From NCBI RefSeq assembly GCF_009914755.1, contig NC_060939.1: 64,000 nucleotides of DNA; one strand, given 5' to 3'. Positions 49,164 through 63,663 of the stretch are shown piece by piece; position 1 is the first letter of the stretch, and the number at the start of each line of letters is the position of its first letter. The position numbers were made by a program, and so were the translations under genes. Below the pieces are notes generated by a model. It saw only the letters and a list, made by a program, of their open reading frames with translations. It did no database searches and was not told where the DNA came from. Source of the DNA: the human T2T-CHM13v2.0 reference genome, Homo sapiens.

Positions 49164-49226
49164 GTGTAAGAAATGACAATTCTAACATCTTTTTTTAAAA
49201 AAAGTGTTTGTGCTCTTTTGATTCAG

Positions 49227-49417
49227 GTACTTTTAGTGTTTACCAAAGAAGATAACCAATGTAATGGATTCTGCAGGGCATGTGAAAAAGCAGGGTTTAA
49301 GTGTACAGTTACCAAGGAGGCTCAGGCTGTCCTTGCCTGTTTCCTGGACAAACATCATGACATTATCATCATAGACCACAGAAATCCTCGACAGCTGGAT
49401 GCAGAGGCACTGTGCAG
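49227..49417 (+). CDS. PDE8A: PDE8A coding exon (probably exon 3), 191 nt, REC-like domain VLLVFTKEDNQCNGFCRACEKAGFKC...DIIIIDHRNPRQLDAEALC(R)
   Basis: ttttgattcag acceptor and CAG|gtaagc donor. Lies within ORF 49173..49421 and gives a recognisable PDE8A peptide. Confidence 0.97.
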
Positions 49418-50055
49418 GTAAGCCCAAGACTCGGGCCTAAATAGTCCCATTGGCCTTTCTGACAATACATGCAGCCTAGAAATAGATTAAATTAGACTCA
49501 CTCTCTTTTAAGTTGCTTTCCATGCATGTGAAATAAACAAAATATTAGAACCTCACTATTTATAGGACTGATGCATATCTCTTTTGTTTTGTCTTGCTTC
49601 ACTTTACTTGAAACAGTAAGAAAATGTGAATAATAAGAATTATTAAGGGTCAAAGTGAAACCCAAAATGTAATTAACCACAAGTATCACTTGTATATTAG
49701 TGCAGTAAGAATTATAATTTTTCAGATTGTTTTCAAAGTTTTAAAAATTTTGAAAATTGTCTTTTAATGTTCGATGAATGGGCTTTATTTATTATACTTG
49801 CACCTTGTCAATATTATGAGAGAATTCTCTGTAGTGACCTAAACCTAAAAAATGCCTTTTAAAGAAAGTTATTTGTTGCTGATGGAAGCAAGGCAAATAT
49901 AAAATTTTATGACATATTAACTTTAAGGACATTTAAAATCTTGACTTTTAAGAGAGAGAAAAGATATAAGCTAAGTAGATTAAAAACCCATGGGTTAAAA
50001 ACCGAGGTGACAAGCAAATGACAACATATTAAAAGATTATTTATGGGGTATGTGG

Positions 50056-50063
50056 TGACGTCA
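50056..50063. promoter_or_regulatory. Full palindromic CRE motif TGACGTCA (function untested)
   Basis: Exact motif in unique-looking intronic sequence ~640 bp after exon 3. Confidence 0.3.
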
Positions 50064-50248
50064 ACATGGGTTTGTTTCCTTGGTGTTGAGAACTCTACAC
50101 TCCTGGTAGTCAGACTAGGTAGCGTTTACCCTTCCATGACTTGCCTCCAGTAGTTTCTCCTGTGGCCTTGATCTAGTGCCTGAAATGTGCCTGTGTTCCT
50201 CATCTGTTTCAATCTGCATGACTTCACAATAAGCCATCATCATTGTAG

Positions 50249-50571
<323 letters not shown>

Positions 50572-52539
50572 TGACATGTCATTTGGCCAGTCACCCAGCA
50601 CATTCATGGGGGATTGCAGCCCAAAAGAAATGGAGAGAGCTCCGGCCAGGAAAAAGGGAGGACCAGGTCCTTTTTTGGCTCTTCCTGGATAGCCGCTTGT
50701 CTCTGGGTAACTCTGCCTTCTCTGGGGATGTTTTAGCTCAGCTGTAAATTTGGAACACTTGGTTTCCAGTATCCCTTTTATCCCTAACATTGAATAGATA
50801 ACCACTCAGAGGAAGGGAAGATGATATCTAAATTACATGGTGCTTGGTAGTCATGGTGGAATGTTGCAAGGCAGTAGAGGTGTCTAAGGTGGGCCAAATG
50901 GCTGCCGAGATAGAAGAGGGAGGACAGGGTGAGGGGCTGGAGAAAATTTGGCCTCTTTCCTAGTCTTGTCCAGGCCCAAGCCTAGCCACAGGTATGTGCT
51001 AGGCAATGAAAGTTCATACTTTTAAAGGTGACTACTAGAGCATCTTGTATTGTAAAAGAAAATTTAAATTGTGTTGGTTACGCTCCACTGTTAAAAATTG
51101 TGGTAAAAGAAACATAACATTAACTTTATGTTCCACTTTTTAAGGGAAGAAAATGTACTATTGCTGTACATTTTAGGAATATTCTAAACAAATAGGGTTA
51201 ATTCATTCAGCAGATTTTTATTGAGCTATGTACAAGAGAATGTTTTAGACTGAAAGTTATAAAATGAAGTTCTTGTCTTCTATGAGCTTATAGACTAGAG
51301 GAGCTGAAATATTTCAATGAAAAAAAGTAATGTTACGTGCTCAGTTAAAAACTCACACAAATACCAAATTCCATAAGCACTATAGTTAATCAGAGTTCTT
51401 TCGTCATGTAAATAACAATTTTATATAGTTTTAAAGTAAAGAATGGGAACTGGATTGCTTTAATATATGGTTTTAGAGAAGCAGAGAATGTCAGATGTGC
51501 CTCTCCTCTATGAAGTGCCTAGCACTCTCCATCCAGCCTCTCCTCAGGACCTGGGGCTCACTAAGTGAAACCCTGAGATTTAGAAGCTTTGCTTTATATT
51601 GAACCCAACTTTGTCCACAGTTGGCGCACAGGATTGCTAGAACAGAGCTATTATTCCTCTTCCCCAGAATGGACTTCCAACACTGGAGGACAGGAATTGT
51701 GTCCCCCCACCCCAGACATCTTTCCTTTTCTGAACTGAGCACACCCTTACTGCTATGAGTGGCTCCTAACAGATCCTGGTTTCATATTCCCACCACATCA
51801 AGGGTGCTTCCCCTGAGTACCCTTTTCTGATTGATAGACCTTGTAAGCATGGCTCCAGAACCGAAAAGCTCACACTAGGTTTAGGGGAACCAGTGACAAG
51901 TAAGCAGAACAGTCCCCTCCACTGTGCTAGCCAGAGAGAGCAGGCCTTTACAAATGTAATCCCCGATCACATTTATTTCCTGATGGCCACATCACAGCCT
52001 TGGTCAAGAATCTCAAGTGTTTCTCACAAGCTGTTTTCTACCACGTCATCTCCATCTTGTTGGGTGAGGATTTGGGGTAGGGATGGGTCCTTGTGCTAAT
52101 CGTAGTGAGTTTTCTAGAGGCAAGAGCAGACCCTGATTTATTTTCCTAATCAGTTTTGTCTTCATTCTGGCCCTTACCTGGCTTATCTCCCTTAAGATCA
52201 TCCCTTTAAGGATGCCCGCCCACTTTGGACTGTTCAAGAAATCTTTCCAGGCTCCCCACCCCCGAACCAGCTTGCCCTGTCTCTGAGCTGACTTACATGG
52301 CTCTTGAGACCTTAGCCCTGCAGAATTCTGTCCTTCCCTTCATCTTCCCTTTTGGGATACCTAATCAACACTGCCTATGGAGAGCTTTTCATCGGTTGTT
52401 GACCTGTCTAAATGACTAGCATTCACCTGTATCTCTCTGTTGGGGGCATTTGGAACTCCTTACACTCCTTATGAGATGCCTTGCTAACAGCAAATATTCT
52501 ATGTCTATTATATTTCCAAATCTACCAGTTTAGGAACCC

Positions 52540-53130
52540 TACGTTGTAAGTCTCCTCAGGTCTGGGCACTGCATTTGGTACTAGAGCTACATAGATGAGT
52601 AAGATGTGCTTCTTGTCTCTGAGGAGCTAATACTTTAGTTAGCAGGGAAAGTGAGTGATTTCGGTATAGGCTTGTAAGTGCCCGCAGAAGAGGTTTACGC
52701 AGAGTGTTGTGGGTGCCTGTGTCAAAGAGGGCTTCGCAAGAGGATACTTGAGTTGCATCTTAAAGGATGAGCAGGAGTTTTGAAAGGAAAAAAGGTGGAG
52801 AAAATGTTCCAGGTAGAGGGAGCGGCATGTGTAGAAACAGGCAGGACATCCGGGCACCTCTGCTCAGTGCTAGATGGCTGCTGGTCAGGCAGATGTGGAG
52901 TAGGTGTCAGGGGAGGTTGGAACAGCAGACGTGAACCAAATGATGAAGGCCTTGTGTGCTAAGCCAAAGGCTGTGGACTCTACCCCGTAGGTAGTTGAAA
53001 CACTGATAGATTCTGCGCAGGAAAGTGTTGAGCAGGATAGAAAAATAACTTGGCTGCCAAGTGGAGAATGGAGTAGAAAACTGGAGGAGATGAGGCAAAT
53101 CAATCAGTTGTGAGGCTGCTAGAGGCCATC
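52540..53130 (-). mobile_element. L2 fragment
   Basis: taaaggatgagcaggagtt...gttccaggtagaggg...gaaggccttgtgtgc, antisense L2 pattern. Confidence 0.65.
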
Positions 53131-54569
53131 CAGTAGTTCCTAACAGAGTATAGCTTCATATTCCCACTGTAGCACTTGATATCAATGTCTCCTCCCAACT
53201 TCCTATCAAAAAACCCATGAAGAGGGAAAAAGAGACAAAAATTGACCATAGCAATAATAAATAAAAACCCACAAAGATAAGATGATAGGTCAGAAGCTGA
53301 GAGAACAGAAAAGGATAGGAATCTCTACTGTATCTGTCGTACCGTGGAGACTAATAAAGAAGCCTGTTTCTGAACTGTGCCTCAAGCACTTCAGTCTTTG
53401 AAGCTGAAATACCAGTGGCCATAAAGGAAGGCAGTGGAAACAGGCTTTGCTTTACTCCCACTGTGTTCTGCCAAGCCTGGGATGCTGGAGTTGCTCTAAC
53501 CAGAGAAACAGATGACTGAGCCCCAGCAGAGCAGCAAGGCTTTATGAGCTGGGCAGAGGCCTGCACTCTTGCCCCTGCCATCCCTGCTGCCCCTGATTCT
53601 TTACTTTCTGCATCTACTCAGAAACCCAAGGTAAGGAAGAGAGGGATATGGACAGAGACATGGTTTTTCCTACTATGTTTTAAGAAGGGACAGAGGTATA
53701 AGGAACCTGAAGACAGTTCTCCACATACTGCAGTTTCAAAACAACAAATTGCATCAGTTCTCAGGTTCAGTTTGAGAATCAGAGAGAACAGGCCAGGAGC
53801 CCCGCTCTGCAGCAGACCTGTGCATGCCTGCTGGCAGTGTTCTCCAAGCCCGAACTGTGCTTGTTGATGTGATCTACCGCCCAGACCTAAGAGGAGGACA
53901 GCTGCTGACACCAAGGGTTCAGTGAAGAGGTGCTAAGGAAACTCTTGTGACCCTCTTTGTTGGCAAACTCTTAGCCTGCATAGATGCGAATTGCATTCAG
54001 GGGTGTGTACACAGGATGAGAAGGGGGGCCTGTGAAAAGTGCCACCACATAATGAGGGGGGAAAGAACAGCCCTGAAGACTAAGAAAATTATTTTTTATA
54101 AGACACTGTAGAACCTTTTGAAGACATATGCTTAGTGGACTCAGAAGAGGTGCAGCAGTATTTCTTGGTGCAACAGGAGTAGGTCTCTGTAATAAAAGGG
54201 AAGATCTCATAAAGGGATATAGAGGAAATAAAAAAAGTACTACTTGAAAACCCAAAACGCATTAACAGAATTAAAATCTATGTTGAATGCAGAAGCAAGA
54301 TTGAACTCAGAGCACCAGATGCTTTTATACAATTTCTTGATTCACCTTGGTGTGCAGATCCTTTATACCATTATAAATCCCATTCTTTTTCATCTGAAAC
54401 TCATTCCACATGGCAGAGAAAAATAGCAAAGCACAAGTAATGGAGTTGTGCTTTTGTGAAACTTAACTCATTAAAGGGCTGGGCTATGTTCTTATAGTGA
54501 GCCTCCATTATGTGGCCTTTTTTCCAGTGTTGTGTTGAGACCATTATCAGAATTATTTGTAGTTGCCTA

Positions 54570-55365
<796 letters not shown>

Positions 55366-56454
55366 TTAACACTGCTTTCAGAATCTCATTCTACAGGATC
55401 GCACTCCATCTTTTTCGTGACCTTCTTGAATTCTGACTTCCTGAACATTCAGGTATACATTTCAATAATGCCAAGTAATTTCTTTCCTAGTTTTCATGAA
55501 TTCCAGTGCAAGGATGTTATTTTTCAACTCAGTTTCCTGACATTTCTGTTTTCTAGCCCGTTCTTCCTTCATATGCACCAGAAAAGGTCCCAGTATGTCT
55601 CTACCTTTTTATACAGTTTTAGAGCTGTTTTTAAGGGCTTATCTCCAGGTAAACAAGGTCCTCCCTTCCACTTTATCCTTAATCCAGTGCTTCTCATTCT
55701 TGTGTCTCCAGATAGGAGTAGTTCATTCAAAGCTCCTTAGTGAGATCACCTACCTACTTGCCTACTTGCCATTACATCACTCCCATCTTGATTTTTCTTC
55801 TAAAAAGCTGAAAGCTGGTTTGAAATGGCTACATACTTAAATTTGCCCTTTCTCCTTCCAAATCTCTGTGATATGATGGAAATGTAAACACAGGACAGAT
55901 ACAGTGTCACTAGAAGTGATGAAAATACCATTTGTGAGTCACGCCTTATTCCCTGTTTGAGATCAGTGTTAGGATGAGTATTAGTCAGCAGGTGTGATGA
56001 GTGCACTAGCTGTGTCTGTGAGTGTCTGTTGTGCCAGTGACCCCTCCAGGCCTAAGCAGCCTTTCCCATAGCTCTTCCCCAGGAAGCTGAGCCTGCCTGC
56101 TCTCCCCAGTCAGGGGGACCAGGGTTGAACTGGGGATTGACACCTGGCCAGTAAGCCCTGAGGTGGCGTGTCTGCAAGGGGTCTTCCAGCAGAGCCATGC
56201 AGCACCCTTAGGTTGGCTCCCTCTGGAGAGGATAGGCAGGTGGATGCTAGAGGAGTACAGAGTGAACACAGAAAAGCAGGGATGTTGAGGGGGTGGGGAA
56301 GAAGTGAACATGAGAGAGACTGGCTGGTCGCTAGAGCTGCTTTTCCATTCCTGAGCAACTTCCCTACCCCTGGCCTATTCTGCGTGTGTTGTTAGATTCA
56401 GCCTTTCTCAACCTGGATTCCATAAGAAAATGAAGCCCGAATCCCTACAGGCAA

Positions 56455-56620
56455 GAATGGGCAAAGGAGAACACAGTCTTGCCCATTCATTTGTGTATTA
56501 TGTGTGACTGCCTTTGTGCTACAGTGGTAGAGTTGAGTAGTTGTGACAAGAGTCCATATGGCCTGCAAAGCCTAAAATATTTATTCCCTGACCCTTTACA
56601 GAAAAGTTTGCTAAGACTGG
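56455..56620. mobile_element. MER58A-like hAT fossil
   Basis: agagttgagtagttgtgac...tggcctgcaaagcctaaaatattta...ccctttacagaaaagtttgc. Confidence 0.8.
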
Positions 56621-56633
56621 GGCGGGGGCATTT

Positions 56634-56893
56634 GGCTGAGTGTGCTGGCTCACGCCTGTAATCCCAGCACTTTGGGAGGCCAAGGCAGGAGACTGCTTGA
56701 ATGCAGGAGTTTGAGACCAGCCTGGGCAATGTAGTGAGACCTCGTCTCTACAAAAAATAAAAAAATTAGCCAGTGGCATGTGCCAGCTGGTCCCAGCTAC
56801 TCATAGCTGGAGCCCAGGAGGTCAAGACTGCAGTGAGCTGTGATTGCACCACTGTACTCCAGCCTGGTGACAAATAGGAACCTGTCTCAAAAA
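56634..56893 (+). mobile_element. AluJ with internal deletion
   Basis: Shortened right arm. Confidence 0.88.
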
Positions 56894-57009
56894 GATGGGG
56901 GCATCCATCGTGCATGATGAATCTCTTACGCATCTGGAATGGTTATGTTGTATACCATCTTTGAGAGACTTGAGAACTAGTCACTCAAATTATTTTCTGG
57001 ATTTTGTGA

Positions 57010-57700
57010 TTCAGAAGTGGCTCTATTCCTTGAACTAACAGCTGAAGCAAATGCAGTCAGTCTTGACTGGTTTCTGTGCCATCCTAGACACATTCTCCAG
57101 GAGGCCAGCTCACCTTTGACTTGACTAGGGCAGTCTGGTTATGTTCCTCTACATTCTCCTCCTTTTAGAGTCCCTCTCCAACATAAGTCGTCTTCCTCTG
57201 GGTCTGGGGTGAGTTCCTTTCTTCTCCAGTGGAGTTGTTCTTCTCTAGAGTCTGCTCGCTTCTCCCAGTGTAGGATGAGTTCAAAGCTGTTGCATATCTC
57301 CAGTGGAGCACTTCTTTTCTTTCTTTTACTCTATGTCACATTTATTTCTGCTCTGATATTTTGGCTGTATTTTCATTCCCCATGGCCTCTAAAGCTGCTT
57401 CTGCAAAAGGGTTGAATTTACTCTGTATGGGAAGTCTTGTACTCTTTGGGTAACTTTAGTCGAACAGTCTCTTGTACTTTTCTAGACCAGTCCTCTGTTC
57501 TTAACCTTTTCATGAGGTGTTGATGCTCTTCTTTCTGACCGATTACAATATCTTGCATTTCCTAGTTTTGGATTATTTTTGGTTATTTAGCCTCCATTTT
57601 ACCTAGTAACTCTTCATCCTTTGTGCTCCTTAGAATGCAGTGGAGCCAGCCCTTGGGCTCCTTTATCCCCGTTGTAAGCATAGCCATCATCTTGTGGTAA
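57010..57700 (-). mobile_element. Putative CR1/L3 LINE ORF1 (esterase) fossil
   Basis: Manual minus-strand translation RRLMLERDSKRRRM*RNITR/(P)ALVKSKVSWPPGECV*DGTE resembles CR1 ORF1 RRVIVVGDSLLRGTEGPICRPD...REVCCLPGARVRDITE (consensus from memory). Boundaries are uncertain. Confidence 0.6.
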
Positions 57701-58075
57701 TAGACATAAACTTGCATTTTCCTTTGGAAGAAGAGACCAACGGCTTCTTTCATGTAAGCACAAAGCAGGGAAAATACTCCGCCTGAAACAATGCAGGTTA
57801 ACAAAGATCAGAACAAGTAGAATGCATGTCATCTTAGTTAGCTGTTAATTCATACTCCATAATCGTTACAGTTAACACAGTCCACTGAGTGGGAGTTTGC
57901 CCCCAAAAGAGAGAAAGATCAAGTAGTCAAGAAGGTGAGTGAATTCAGAGAGTGAGGGGATCATTTACTCTCCCTTCTACCCCTCTTCCAACTTTAATTG
58001 TTGTAATTGTTTAAGTATATTTGGTTTTTAAGGATTATTTTTATATTTATTTTAAAGTTTTGTGTTTTTTTTAAG

Positions 58076-58132
58076 GTCTATCAGATCATCAAAACTCTCA
58101 GAAAACACAGTTATTGTTGGTGTAGTACGCAG
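58076..58132 (+). CDS. PDE8A: PDE8A coding exon (probably exon 4), 57 nt, phase 2-2, (R)SIRSSKLSENTVIVGVVR(R)
   Basis: ttttttttaag acceptor and CAG|gtaaac donor. Phase is compatible with the previous exon (AG+G = Arg). Confidence 0.95.
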
Positions 58133-58946
58133 GTAAACTTTCATTTTTTTAATGTTGAAATTGAGGTACCAGTGTAATACTTGCTCTTAACAGATGGCCA
58201 AATAACAGCTTGCATGCTGTGTCAGGCATGTCCCTTTGTAGTGTGGCCTTCTCTTCTTTATTCTTTATTTTATTTTGCTGCTTCAGTTAACTTCCTGGAA
58301 GGACTTTGTGCTCTCATGCTAGATTTTTGTGATTTTTAAACTGCCTTTCACTTTAGAAACAGGCGAACTATGAGAGAATTCCATTCCTAAAAGTATGAAT
58401 GTTTTCCAGGGGTATCTTCCTAGGGCCTTCTAACTCCAAATATCTCTGAGGGGGGAATCTTAGGTTTTGTCTTTAAATTGGAGGTAAGGAAAGAAGAGAA
58501 ATATATTAGGAGAAGGGCAAGTATTCAAATTAATGTTATTTAGCTTATATGTTTTTATACATAGAAGAAATGTTTCTATGTACTTTAAAGTTTTTTCCTG
58601 AGCTGTAGGGGAGAAAGGAATTAAAAAAAAAACCTGGAAGTAGAAGAAAATAGGAGTAGTTTAAATTAAAAATTTTATATATTAAAAAGATATATGAACA
58701 CTCCTGTATTCCTGCTATTAATGTAGTTTGTGTATTTCAAGTATTATAATATATAATTCCAAAAAGCTAAATGTGAAATTGAAACAGAAAACAGTTTTCA
58801 ACTTTATCCTTTAAATTTGTATATTAATCTGATTCATCTAAAAGTACTCATTACATAACGAAGTATTATTTAAATTAGTAGAGTAAAAGAGGTGAGATGT
58901 AATTGATAAAAACTATGTCTATGTTCTTTACTGTGTTATTTTGAAG

Positions 58947-59001
58947 GGTGGATAGAGAAGAGTTGTCCGTAATGCCTTTCATTTCTGCTGGATTTACAAG
59001 G
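58947..59001 (+). CDS. PDE8A: PDE8A coding exon (probably exon 5), 55 nt, (R)VDREELSVMPFISAGFTR
   Basis: ttattttgaag acceptor and AGG|gtatgt donor. Phase is compatible and the peptide continues PDE8A. Confidence 0.95.
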
Positions 59002-59090
59002 GTATGTACTCACTTATTTGTTATACAAGTATAATTCAATTTGAGAAATTATTTTATCTCAGTTCAGTACCCAGCAAAAGCTTTGTATTA

Positions 59091-59300
<210 letters not shown>

Positions 59301-59899
59301 CTATAATAGTTCATAGTCTCTCAAAACTATGCCTGCTAAGGTCATCTAAACATAATAAAATCTCCTTTAATGGCATTTTCACTAAAAATTATACCACAGG
59401 ATGTATTGTTATGATGCTGACATGTATACATGCAACTTTTTAAGCTAGTTCAAGGATTCTGGAAATAAGGCAGCCCAAACACAGCTCTCTTTCTCTCCAC
59501 TCCCAGCTTCAATCTCTTGGTTTCCCTAAGCCAAAAGGTTGCTTGGGGCTTTGGTCAGCTGGCTGCAAATGAGGCCTTAGGAATCATACAGAGAGAACTT
59601 AAATAAGGCTGACCCTTGGGCAGATTTGTAGCCCAGGTTAGTATAAGAAAGGTAGTCAAGAAATCTCAAGCCATGAATTTAGTTTCAAGTTTTCTGGATG
59701 AGTAGGACTCCTAAGTGCCTGGCAGAAGCAAATATAAATCCTCCCCAGAGGAAGACAGCTTCATCTTTGCCCGCAGAGGATCTCCATAAATAATTGCTCA
59801 AGGGCAGCCGGCAGCAGTCAGTCAAAGCTGGAGTCAATCCACCAGGTGACAGGGCATCCCAAGGAAAAACTAGGAGGGAAAAAAGCCTAGTAACAGACC

Positions 59900-60769
59900 C
59901 TCACACCCCTCAGAGATTAGTTATGAGATATGAATTATAAAGCAAGTATGCTTACTATAGGTAAAGAAATAAAAGATAAACCAGGAAATATCTGCAAGGA
60001 ATAGGAAACTATTAAAAGTGGCATAGCAAATTTTATGAGGAACAAAACTGAATTGTAAGAAATGAAAACACAGTAATTGAACAATTTAAAACTTAGTAAG
60101 TCACATGTAGCACAGAAATACAATGACAGGAAATAAGTTAGACAGGTGAAGAAATGTGGAGGATAGTGTGTGAAGTTTTAGTTGTGTATATGTAACTGGA
60201 GTTCCAGGAGAAGAGGAAGGATAGAACAGAGGAAATATTTGAAGAGTTACTAGCTGAAAATTTTCCAGAACTGATGAAAAACTAATTCATAGATTCATGA
60301 ATTCTGACATATCCAAAGTAGAGTAAATTTTAAAAGAGGACACATCCTAGTGAAACTGCAAAAAAAAAAAAAAAGAAAAGGACTTAAAATCAGCCACAGG
60401 TAAAAGATTACCTTCAAAAGACTGACACACACACTAACAGCTAGCTTCTCAGCAGCAACAAGTGGAAAACAGAAGACAGTGGAATAACATTTTCAATGCA
60501 ATAAAAGAAAATAACTTCCTTGGGAGGCCGAGGTGGGCAGATCACGAGGTCAGGAGATTGAGACCATCCTGGCCAACATGGTGAAACCCTGTCTTGACTA
60601 AAAATACAAAAATTAGCTGGGCATGGTGGTGCACACCTGTAATCCCAGCTACTTGGGAGGCTGAGGCAGGAGAATCGCCTGAACCAGGGATTTGGAGGTA
60701 GGTTGCAGTGAGCCGAGATTGTGCCACTGCACTCCAGCCTGGCAACAGAGCGATACTCCATCTCAAAAA

Positions 60770-60802
<33 letters not shown>

Positions 60803-61050
60803 GAACTTCCTAGAATTTTATACCTAGCATACATATCTTTCAACAATGAAGGTGAAATAAAGACTTTCAGAAATGTGGACATTGAGAGAATTTGTAACTA
60901 GCAGATCCTCACAAGGAAATGCTAAAGGATATACTTCAACCAGAAGGAATGTGAATTCCAGGTGGAAGGTCTGAAATGCAAGAGATGAGTAAAGAAAATG
61001 GTCTGTATAGGGTAAATATAAATACATATTTACTGTATGAAACAATAATA
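59900..61050 (+). mobile_element. Ancient L1M ORF1 remnant
   Basis: ggagttccaggag...gctgaaaattttccagaactgatg...[20 protein letters not shown]. Confidence 0.75.
60520..60800 (+). mobile_element. 5'-truncated Alu (Sc-like)
   Basis: gatcacgaggtcaggagattgagaccatcc; TSD aagaaaa(t/g)aacttcct. Confidence 0.92.
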
Positions 61051-61755
61051 ATGTCTAGTTTGATGAGAGGATACAGGGAGAAAGAGACTACAAACTAATC
61101 ATATATCTAGCCAAGTTATTGTTTAACCTTTCTTTTGGGGATATACATAAAATTCAGAGATATAGTTCCCCAAGGAAAATAATTCAGAAAAGGACTCTAA
61201 CCATATAAGAAATGAACTACAACAGAAATTTGAAGAGGAGAGGAGGGAAAAGTAGTGAGCTATAAACCCTGCCATGTGCATACTCCTTCATGGTGCCTCC
61301 TGCTTTCTCTGGCTCTCTGTCTTTCTTTATAGATGTACCCACACTTATGCATATATGTATAAGATTAGTCCCAAACAGATAAACATAGACTAGAATATAT
61401 AATATTCTTTTAAAAGAAGGGACATACTCAAAGAGGAATTTTAATAATAGCTCACTTTTAAATTCTAGACTATCTTAGTCAACGCTAGGTGTTTGTAAGG
61501 TTTGTGGGGAGGATGCAGGCATTCTTACAGACTTATCTAAGAGGTAGAGTGAGAATGAGCCCAAGAAGTATTCATCTTTGTGGGAAATGTTCTATGTGGG
61601 AAATACTTTATTCTGGGGGTAATTGGTATCTTGTTTTCAAATAATAGTAAAGAAATCTATGTCTGCTTTTGAGATGATGAAAAGGAGGGTAACCGCTGAT
61701 AGAACAGGAAACTTAAGTAAAACTTCCAAAATAACAAGAGGAAATAGGGAGTTTA

Positions 61756-62247
<492 letters not shown>

Positions 62248-63524
62248 TTAACATGATAAAAGGAGCTTAAGTAAAAGAACATAGAGGTAGCAAGTAAATG
62301 CAGACAAAAAGAACACAGATATTGATATTGATATTAATATCAGATGAGGTGGAATTTAAGATTTTAGTTTATATGTAAATACAGTTTTATATAAAAAGCA
62401 CACATTAGGTTATTGATTATATAGCTGTGGCTTTCTTGTGTTTCCCCCTTTTTGGACAACCCCCACAACATACATACACATCAGCACCTACCTCCATTCC
62501 CTGACCTCTAGTAATTCCTGTTAAATTGTATGAGAACAGTTTACTTAGCCAGCAGTAAGGCGTCCCAGGTTGGAAGTCAGAAGTCCCCTATGGATCTTTA
62601 TGTCATCCCTCCCTAAGCTGCTTGCTTTTGCAACTAAGGCCGCAAAACTGGCTATTCCTTTTAACAAGAACCTTAGAAGCTTCCACTTTCTAGTGAAACT
62701 TAGGGGATAGATTATTCCCTCTGCCTTGGGTTATTTGCTTACCTACAGCCGCATGAGGTCATTAAGGCTTGTGTTTGTTTGAGGTCTCTTTGAAAGTACA
62801 TAGATGCACTGTTGGAAATTTGTGCCTGGTGACTGCCGTGTTTGAAATTCTGCCCAAGAAGTCTATCAGCATAGTTCTGTGGACCAGAAAGAGCATCCTG
62901 GTAGAAGGTCAAGTAAATCATGGTCCTTATATTTTCTTAGTATTACTGTGTTATCATGGAGCTAACTTGAAAAGTAACTGACACACACACTCTTGCTGCC
63001 TCAAGCCTGCACACCTTAATCAAAATCAAGGAACCCCCTGAAGACTTCAATGGAACCACTTTTAGGTGCACGCCCCTGTGAGGACACGTCCATGCAAAAA
63101 GCCCAAAAAGCTTTACAGTAGTCACTTTAGAAGCACCTGACTTAGGAAATGTAGAGGTAGTGGCAGGCTCTCCATTTTGTAGGTGAGGAATTCATGCGGT
63201 CAACCAGTCCTCAGAGACCACTAACTAATTAGTGCTAACTAATCTCATCCAGAGTCTCTTACTTTTGTGTGACAAAAGGATGCTCAGGTTACTGAGAAGA
63301 AGAGTTAGACCTGGAGGAAGGGGATTCTCCCAGTCATGGCTGTAGGCGGTGGTGCCAAGGCTTGAATCTGAAAGCTAACACCATAATGATATCTCTGGTA
63401 CAGGGGATGGGGCATAGGAAAGGCCATGAGCTATTTTGTGTTTTAGCCATGTTTCAGGATTGAAAAGTAGGTGGAGGACCTGCTAGCTTCCTCAATTGGA
63501 TTTGGCCATTGAGTCGGTAGACTC

Positions 63525-63663
63525 ACTGCTGGGTGCACATTAGAATCACCTGAATAACATCCCTAGGGAGTCTGTTTCAGTTGGTCTGGGGAGGGGCCTG
63601 TATGCTGGTGTTTTTTCAAATTGCAGATAATTCTAATATGCACCTGAGAGTTGAGAACCACTG
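63525..63663. mobile_element. MER5-like hAT fossil
   Basis: tgcacattagaatcacctg...ggtctgggg.ggggcctg...ttctaat...gttgagaaccactg. Confidence 0.75.
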
